A stretch of DNA of 64,000 bases from Smithellaceae bacterium. Its GTDB lineage: Bacteria > Desulfobacterota > Syntrophia > Syntrophales > Smithellaceae. The DNA lies in NCBI GenBank assembly GCA_963667845.2, contig CAXXVL010000002.1, positions 2,016,001 through 2,080,000 of the forward strand. Direction: 5' to 3'. The notes beneath the pieces were generated by a model that worked only from the letters and a program-made list of their open reading frames with translations, searched no databases and was not told the origin of the DNA. This document shows positions 57,531 through 64,000 of this stretch, one piece after another. Position numbers and translations under genes: made by a program. Within the stretch, counting starts at the first letter, position 1. The number at the start of each line of letters is the position of its first letter.

Positions 57531-58173
57531 CTTTTCGTTCTCCTTTCGCTATATCGTTTTGACTGGTTGTCGCCAAATCCAGAAATTCATTCTCCGTTTC
57601 CAGAAAGCGCCGGCCGAAGCAGCCGACATGCCGGTAGAAGTCGGAACTTTTGGCCTGCGAAATGTCATCAAACAACCTGGGCATCCAGGATGCGATGTGC
57701 CGCTGAAAGAAAGTCGCTTGATCGGCGAGTCCCACGCCGTTTCGTCTTTGAGAGAGGATCGCCACGATTTCGCAGAGCGCTCCGGCATGATCCTCCGAAT
57801 CGCGACAGCCGGCCTGCCGGACAATGCCGGATTTCATCAAGTCCGATCTTAATGAGGCCAGAGGAGCGGACTGGATTCTTTTGTCCTTATACCAGGAGGC
57901 ATAAGGTACAACTTCACCTGAGCCCAGTCCCACAAAGAGCCGGTTGTATTCTTTTTGAACATCCTCCACACGACAACTCAGGCAGGCTTGCTTGAGGGCC
58001 GCCAATGCATATTCAAGTTTTTCCGGAAGGCCGGCTTCCCATTGCAGCTTCTGCAATATCTCGATGATTATTCCGGCCGGGGGCTCTCTGAGGAGCGATG
58101 CCAGGAGGACATAACCGTCCGGGCGAAGGGCCGCATAAGGATCGAGCCACGGTGTGGTAAAATCACTTTTCAT
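57490..58173 (-). CDS. TorD/DmsD family chaperone
   Basis: EYNRLFVG, PYASWY, EDH, FF.RHI..W; ATGA overlap with the upstream gene. Confidence 0.88.
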   Translation of the reverse strand: MKSDFTTPWLDPYAALRPDGYVLLASLLREPPAGIIIEILQKLQWEAGLPEKLEYALAALKQACLSCRVEDVQKEYNRLFVGLGSGEVVPYASWYKDKRIQSAPLASLRSDLMKSGIVRQAGCRDSEDHAGALCEIVAILSQRRNGVGLADQATFFQRHIASWMPRLFDDISQAKSSDFYRHVGCFGRRFLETENEFLDLATTSQNDIAKGERKDENQFIKQPKDVH

Positions 58174-60101
58174 CGTACGTGAGATTGATTCCATGTTTTT
58201 ATATCCTCCGACATAAGCGCATCCCGGGTCCGGCAGATGCTGCACATTTGCAGACGGCGTAATTGCTTCTCCGAGGCATACATCCAGTGCCCTGCCAGAT
58301 TTGTCCGGATCCGGCTGACCATGGCTTGCGACGCAAACGGGGTTCCGCACTCAATACAGCGGGCGGCCGGAACTTCATGCAGGACGACGGGGGAGTCCAC
58401 TCGTTCCGGCTCGCAGAGCAGCCGCGGCAGCAGGCGGATGGCTTTCTCCGGGCAAAGGTCTTTGCACAGGCCGCACTGGTGGCAGCGGGATTCAATGAAT
58501 TCAAGCTTTGGAGACCCGCCGTCCGCCCGCAGCGCTTTCGCGGGGCAGGCCTCGACACAGGCCATGCACAGTGTGCAGGCCGGATCGATCACAACGGCGC
58601 CGAAAGGAGATCCTTCCGGTAAGGGCAGGGTGGTTTGTTGCGCATCCAGCCGGTCGCAGAGTTCCTGGGCGGCAAACCGGATCAGGGTCCTCCGGTCGCT
58701 TGCAAAAAGGAGTTCATCGGGTGATAGTCGCGATCCGTCAAGCGAGGTGCTGCCGGGGATTTCCGCCATCGTCGGGGTTTCCGGCTGATCGAGGTCACTC
58801 GAGATCGTAAAGCGGATCCGATCTTCCGGCTGTCCGAGCCCGTGCAGGATGGCGCGGCTAAGCCGGGCCTGCTGCCTCACGGCTTCCGTCATCGCCGGAT
58901 CATTTTCGGGATCACAGGAGACGACGACTTTGCCTGCGCCATAGATCAGCGCCAGAAGCATCATCTCGGCGCCGACGTAGCCGACTTGGTCAACGGTAAA
59001 ATAAATGTTTTGCGTATTGCCGGATTCGTCTGTTGTACAAACCGAGTAGTCGTCCGTTATGATCAGCGACGGGGCTAAGCCATTTCCGGCTGTTTGGTCC
59101 GCGATAGACTGCCTGAGGGCGCTCAACCGTTCTGACTGTGAAGGATGAACCAGACGGACGGCGTCCGTCGGACACACGAGCCCGCAGGCGCCGCAGCCCT
59201 GACAGAGGTGATGATTAAAGATTAATTTCCCCGCGAGCGATTGAATGGCGGAAAGCGGACAAACATCCAGACACCGCTGACAGCTTGTTTTGCGGGAGAC
59301 GTGATGAAGGCACCGGCTCTCCTGGAATGTCGTGAATTGCGGCTTCTGGAATTGACCGCGCATCCGCGGCAACTCGGCCAGAATGTCATCGGGACGTTCC
59401 GGATTCTGTCCGGGAGCATAATACCCGAGCGGCAGGGAGCGCCTTGCATACGAAGTGGCCGGCTGAAGATCGAGAACAAGATCGAAAACGGCTGCTTCGG
59501 TGTCGAGCCATTCGGCCAGGGGTTTGATCTCCCCGTTTGTGGAAGCCATGGCCGAAAAATTTCCAAAAATTCCGCTGATCGACAGGCCCTGCGCCGAGAC
59601 AACAGGAAATCCGTCGGGCCGGGAAACGGAGGTGCCGGACGACTTATCTCCGGTAACCACCGCCGTGCACGTCATGCCCCGGGCAGTGAGATTTTTGCCC
59701 CAGGTGCCCGCCCGTTTCACATCCGTATCCACGATCAGGATGCGTCCGCGGGAGGTCAGGTTGACCGGCAACGTGTCGGTAAGTTCTTCGGCATTTTCTG
59801 CCGGTAGATCACTGCTTTTCGTGCTTTGGGTATCGGAAATGGCCGCTTCGACGGCGCGGTCGCGACGCTCCATCTGGTGAAGCATGTCGGCGGTAACTAC
59901 ACCGTCGAGCGGCTGAAAGGTTCGAGAGTTTCCACTCAAATCGTTGAGGTCATCCCGGTGGTTGAATTCCTCCGAATGGAAATCGATGATGATACCGGAG
60001 GCTGTCCGATACCCGGACGCAGCAGCCGAAGCTTGTCCTTCTGAGAGAGGAACTGCAGGTTTTTCTTCAGATACATTTTCCAATTCATTTTCCCGGTGCA
60101 T
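58170..60101 (-). CDS. Multi-4Fe-4S (polyferredoxin) protein of fdh clusters
   Basis: CQRCLDVCP, CQGCGAC..VCP, CTLCMACVEACP, CHQCGLC..LCPE, CIEC, C..CR. Confidence 0.87.
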   Translation of the reverse strand: MHRENELENVSEEKPAVPLSEGQASAAASGYRTASGIIIDFHSEEFNHRDDLNDLSGNSRTFQPLDGVVTADMLHQMERRDRAVEAAISDTQSTKSSDLPAENAEELTDTLPVNLTSRGRILIVDTDVKRAGTWGKNLTARGMTCTAVVTGDKSSGTSVSRPDGFPVVSAQGLSISGIFGNFSAMASTNGEIKPLAEWLDTEAAVFDLVLDLQPATSYARRSLPLGYYAPGQNPERPDDILAELPRMRGQFQKPQFTTFQESRCLHHVSRKTSCQRCLDVCPLSAIQSLAGKLIFNHHLCQGCGACGLVCPTDAVRLVHPSQSERLSALRQSIADQTAGNGLAPSLIITDDYSVCTTDESGNTQNIYFTVDQVGYVGAEMMLLALIYGAGKVVVSCDPENDPAMTEAVRQQARLSRAILHGLGQPEDRIRFTISSDLDQPETPTMAEIPGSTSLDGSRLSPDELLFASDRRTLIRFAAQELCDRLDAQQTTLPLPEGSPFGAVVIDPACTLCMACVEACPAKALRADGGSPKLEFIESRCHQCGLCKDLCPEKAIRLLPRLLCEPERVDSPVVLHEVPAARCIECGTPFASQAMVSRIRTNLAGHWMYASEKQLRRLQMCSICRTRDALMSEDIKTWNQSHVR

Positions 60102-60467
60102 GAGATGATTCCTTGTCCATCGCCGGATGGCCTATGGCAACGTTGAGCTTTCTTTAAGATAATTTTCCTTTAAAATAGGCAACGTAAACAACCAATACAA
60201 TGATCATTGAGTGTTAGTGTATTAACAGGTCAAACCTACAATATCTTTTATGACATAATGAAGGCCGGTGGATTGTGGGGCAGCGGGTATGGAAATGAAT
60301 AGAATACAAGGATTATTCCGCCTTGACTAAGGATTTGAATCAAGGCTGCGATTCGCTCATCAGCCAGGCCGCGACTGAAAACAATTATCCGAAAACAGCC
60401 GAATAAAACTTGCTTTTTTCCTGATCGTCTTTAAGTTACCTTCAAACATTCGGAAAGGGAAAAAGAA

Positions 60468-60668
60468 ATGAAAAGCATAAAAATTAAAGGAATGAGCTGC
60501 CAGCACTGCGTGATGGCCGTGACCAAGACGCTTAGCGCCATTGACGGTATAAAGAATGTGCAGGTTGATCTGAAAACAGAGACGGCGACATACGAGGAGA
60601 CAAAACCCGTCGATGCAAACGTCGTGGCCGCGGCGGTCAAAAAAGCGGGGTACGACGTTGTCGGATAG
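60468..60668 (+). CDS. copZ: Copper chaperone CopZ (HMA domain)
   Basis: GMSCQHC...AGY. Confidence 0.9.
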   Translation: MKSIKIKGMSCQHCVMAVTKTLSAIDGIKNVQVDLKTETATYEETKPVDANVVAAAVKKAGYDVVG

Positions 60669-63132
60669 AGTTCAGCTGTCGATCCAGGGCATGACCTGCG
60701 CGACCTGCGTGCGGCGGGTGGAGGAAGGGTTGCGCGACACGCCCGGCGTTCTTGCCGCCACGGTTAATTTTGCGACGGAAAAAGCGCAGGTGGAGTATGA
60801 CAGGAATGTTACGGATATCCATACACTCGAAAACAGGGTGCGCGAACTCGGGTATGAAGCCTTCATTGACACCGCAAACCTCAATCAGGAAAAAGTGACC
60901 ATCTCCGTGGGCGGCATGACTTGTGCCGCGTGCGTCCGCCGTGTGGAGAATGCGCTCTCCGAAGTGGATGGTGTGCTGGAGGTCGGTGTCAATCTGGCGA
61001 CCGGACGGGCCACCGTCATCCACAAAGCGAAGTGGGCGGGCGTTTCAGCTTTGGCCCGGGCCGTTGCGGACCACGGGTATGAATTCCTGGGCGAACTGAC
61101 GGATTCATCCGCCGATCCCATCGAGGCCTCGCGCGTTCAGGATCTTCGCGACCTCACCTTAAAAGTGATCTGCGGTGCGGTGTTGAGCGCGATTATTTTC
61201 ATGGGCTCGATGCAGCACTGGTTTTCCTTTTTACATTTTATCCCCCGGCAGGCCATGCTGGCAGCGATGTTTGTGCTGACGGCGCCGGCCGTGTTCTGGG
61301 TCGGGAGCCGTTTTTTTGTCGGCGCTTATAAAGCGGCCAAACAGAAAACATCGGACATGAACACACTGGTGGCCGTGGGTTCCTTTTCGGCCTATGCCTA
61401 TTCGGCTGCGGCCACATTCTTCCCTCATTTTTTTGAACGGGCCGGAGTCGCGCCCCATGTGTATTATGACGGCGCGGCCATGATTGTCACCTTGATCCTT
61501 CTCGGCAGGCTACTCGAAGCCCGGGCCAAAGGCAGGACGTCCGCCGCGATCAAGGCGCTCATGGGTCTCAAACCCAAAACCGCGCATGTGCTGCGCGACG
61601 GCGAGGAGCAGGAGGTCGCCGTGGAATCGCTCACAGTGGGCGATGTAGTGATCGTGAAGCCGGGTGAAAAAGTTCCCGTCGATGGGGCCGTGCTGACCGG
61701 ACAATCGACCCTGGACGAATCCATGCTGACCGGCGAAAGCATGCCCGTGGCCAAAGAGGCCGGCCACAAAGTGTTTGCCGCCACGATGAATAAGACGGGC
61801 AGTTTTACACTCCGTGCAACGGGCGTTGGGTCGGAGACGATGCTCGCGCACATCATCCGCATGGTGGAAGAGGCGCAGGGTTCGAAAGCGCCGATTCAGC
61901 GGCTGGCCGATAAAGTGGCTTCCATTTTTGTCCCGACGGTTTTTGTCATTGCCTTTGTGACATTCGTCATCTGGTATTTTGTTCCTGCCGACGCCAGCTT
62001 CAGCCGGGCGCTCATCAATTTTGTTTCGGTGCTGGTCATTGCGTGCCCCTGTGCACTGGGACTGGCCACGCCGACGGCTATTATGGTCGGCACGGGCTTG
62101 GGCGCGCAAAGCGGCATTCTGATCAAAGGAGGCGAAGCGCTGGAGAAGATCCATCGGCTCTCCGTGATCGTGTTTGACAAAACCGGCACGCTGACCCGGG
62201 GCGAACCGGAAGCGACCGACGTCGTGACGGCTGCCTCGCATGATGAACGAGACGTGCTGTCCGTGGCCGCGGCCCTGGAAAAAGCATCGGAACATCCGCT
62301 GGCCCAGGCGATTTTAAAACGCGCACAGACTGCCGGCATCGTTCCGGCGCAGGCGGAGAATTTTCTGGCGCTCTCCGGCATGGGCGCAAGCGGGCTTCTG
62401 GACGGCAGGCCTTGTCTGATCGGCAATCGCCTGCTGATGAAGGATCAGGGTGTTTCGGTCGCATCGCTCGACAATCCCGCAGCCGCACTGGCCGGCGTCG
62501 GAAAGACGGTGGTTTATGTCGCGCTGGAGAAGAAAGTTATCGGCCTGATCGCGCTCGCCGACGTGCCGAAGCCTTCCGCGAAACAGGCCGTGGAGGATTT
62601 AAAGCGCAGGGGTTTAAAGGTCGCGATGGTGACCGGCGATAATGTCGGTACGGCCGCAGGCATTGCATCAGAGCTGGGCATCGAACGGGTCATGGCGGAG
62701 GTCCTGCCGGGAAACAAGGCGGATGAAATCAGAAAGCTGCAGGCCGAAGGGGAGGTCGTGGGCATGGTGGGCGACGGCATCAATGATGCCCCGGCGCTTG
62801 CGGCAGCGGATGTCGGCATCGCCATCGGAGCAGGGACCGACGTGGCCATTGAGGCCGCCGACATCACCCTGATCCGGGATGACCTCACGGGCGTTCCGGA
62901 GGCGATAGCGCTTTCGTTTTCAACGATGCGCGTCATCCGGCAGAATCTTTTCTGGGCATTTATCTATAACGTGATCGGCATTCCCATTGCCGCCGGCGTT
63001 CTCTATCCTTTTTTCGGCATCCTGCTCAATCCGGAGTTTGCCGCAGCCGCCATGGCTCTGAGCTCCGTTTCCGTGGTGAGCAATTCGCTCAGGCTCAAGC
63101 GCGTCTGGAAAAAACGCAGGCGTGAAATGTGA
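60658..63132 (+). CDS. copA: Cu(I)-translocating P1B-type ATPase
   Basis: Two GMTCxxC domains, [31 protein letters not shown]. Confidence 0.94.
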   Translation: MSDRVQLSIQGMTCATCVRRVEEGLRDTPGVLAATVNFATEKAQVEYDRNVTDIHTLENRVRELGYEAFIDTANLNQEKVTISVGGMTCAACVRRVENALSEVDGVLEVGVNLATGRATVIHKAKWAGVSALARAVADHGYEFLGELTDSSADPIEASRVQDLRDLTLKVICGAVLSAIIFMGSMQHWFSFLHFIPRQAMLAAMFVLTAPAVFWVGSRFFVGAYKAAKQKTSDMNTLVAVGSFSAYAYSAAATFFPHFFERAGVAPHVYYDGAAMIVTLILLGRLLEARAKGRTSAAIKALMGLKPKTAHVLRDGEEQEVAVESLTVGDVVIVKPGEKVPVDGAVLTGQSTLDESMLTGESMPVAKEAGHKVFAATMNKTGSFTLRATGVGSETMLAHIIRMVEEAQGSKAPIQRLADKVASIFVPTVFVIAFVTFVIWYFVPADASFSRALINFVSVLVIACPCALGLATPTAIMVGTGLGAQSGILIKGGEALEKIHRLSVIVFDKTGTLTRGEPEATDVVTAASHDERDVLSVAAALEKASEHPLAQAILKRAQTAGIVPAQAENFLALSGMGASGLLDGRPCLIGNRLLMKDQGVSVASLDNPAAALAGVGKTVVYVALEKKVIGLIALADVPKPSAKQAVEDLKRRGLKVAMVTGDNVGTAAGIASELGIERVMAEVLPGNKADEIRKLQAEGEVVGMVGDGINDAPALAAADVGIAIGAGTDVAIEAADITLIRDDLTGVPEAIALSFSTMRVIRQNLFWAFIYNVIGIPIAAGVLYPFFGILLNPEFAAAAMALSSVSVVSNSLRLKRVWKKRRREM

Positions 63133-63149
63133 AGCGTCAATCATGGGTT

Positions 63150-63174
63150 GTAGGGACTGTTCCCCGAACAGTCC
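63150..63174 (+). repeat. GTAG-family REP-like hairpin
   Basis: GTAG-GGACTGTTC-CCC-GAACAGTCC directly after copA. Confidence 0.5.
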
Positions 63175-63702
63175 GAAAACTTGTCCCGTCCTTCTTCCTG
63201 GCCTGACAAATGAACCCCTTTCGCATTAAATCGAGTTCACAGAATCCAAGAAAATTTACCCAAACGGGCGAAGTATGCCTGTACCGCGCCAATAAACCTA
63301 TAAAAAATCAATGACATTCCGGCATTTTCCCGTCATGAGGATCTCGGGGCAGCGGAGGTCAAATCTTCACGCGTCTGCATTATCGGTTCACATTTTTTGC
63401 GGAAAATGGTAAATGCGCAATCGATACGACGGCTAAGCACGCCGTGGTCATATTATATTCATCTTACAATAAAAGAAATTGCACAAATGTTGAAAACTTT
63501 CTTCAGGGTTTCGGTGCATCATGCGGTGCCGTCCTCCGTATTTTGTTCCGGGAAAAGTATTGAATGAAAGCGCCGATACCCGGAAATACAGGCATCGCTG
63601 GTTGTTTTGGGAGAGCAGCCGACTCCAAAAGGAGGATTCCATCATTGCCGCGCGTGATCTTTATCCGAACCTTACTCGATCATTATTCCTCAGGAGTTTG
63701 AA

Positions 63703-64000
63703 ATGAAAAATCAGTCTCAGGATTCATGTTCCAACCGGATTCTCTCGCCATGGGTATTTTCGCTGATGCTGACCATTGCGCTGGCGACCTTGCTGATCGG
63801 ATGCAGCGGCGGCGGCAACAACGGCGGAGATGCCGCTCCCGTTACCGGAACTAACTTCATTCCGGCAGGAACCTTCCTGCCCGTCGTCACCATCGATACC
63901 ACCGATGGGCAGGGAATAACGTCCAAGGAAATTTACGTCACAGGGACCTATCGGATCGCGGGCTTGGATGGAACTCTTCTGCATCAGGGCGACCTGGAGA
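63703..64000 (+). CDS. Lipoprotein, probable CotH kinase family (partial, runs off the window)
   Basis: AGGAG RBS, lipobox LIGC, LPVVTI.T...ITSKE.YV.G N-terminal pattern. Confidence 0.6.
   Translation, partial: MKNQSQDSCSNRILSPWVFSLMLTIALATLLIGCSGGGNNGGDAAPVTGTNFIPAGTFLPVVTIDTTDGQGITSKEIYVTGTYRIAGLDGTLLHQGDLE

Noticed and set aside
60102..60460. Moco/Wco riboswitch or sigma54 promoter upstream of the fdh cluster
   Set aside because: No riboswitch consensus seen; the best GG..GC candidate has an 11-nt spacer

Overview
Chromosomal window from an anaerobic deltaproteobacterium; gene content suggests Syntrophales/Smithella-like (inference). Main blocks: (1) parA/cheW/pdaD housekeeping genes, and a truA with an in-frame insertion related to a MITE-like element found free at 47.2 kb. 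(2) A sigma54-controlled nitrogen region with two Amt transporters, four divergent PII proteins, a TorF-like porin, GAF-PtsP (EI-Ntr) and a glutamine amidotransferase, plus a HesB-like selenoprotein gene (in-frame UGA) missed by the ORF track. (3) tRNA-Gln(CTG), then a CstR-like repressor with its operator heading a Tat-exported Fe-S protein, a di-haem cytochrome b and an exported rhodanese, with no molybdo-catalytic subunit. This is the best candidate for an undescribed (per)sulfide-quinone redox system. (4) A decayed integron: intI 5' remnant, attI-like site, five cassette-like genes and attC sites of decreasing quality. (5) 2-hydroxyacyl-CoA dehydratase genes, a metallophosphoesterase-nucleotidyltransferase fusion, a Sel1/Ser-Thr kinase/PP2C/FHA module, feoAB, a Cys-type formate dehydrogenase cluster, copZ-copA and the start of a CotH-like lipoprotein gene. 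No CRISPR array, rRNA or intact transposase was seen. All family calls come from motif recognition by eye, not database searches.
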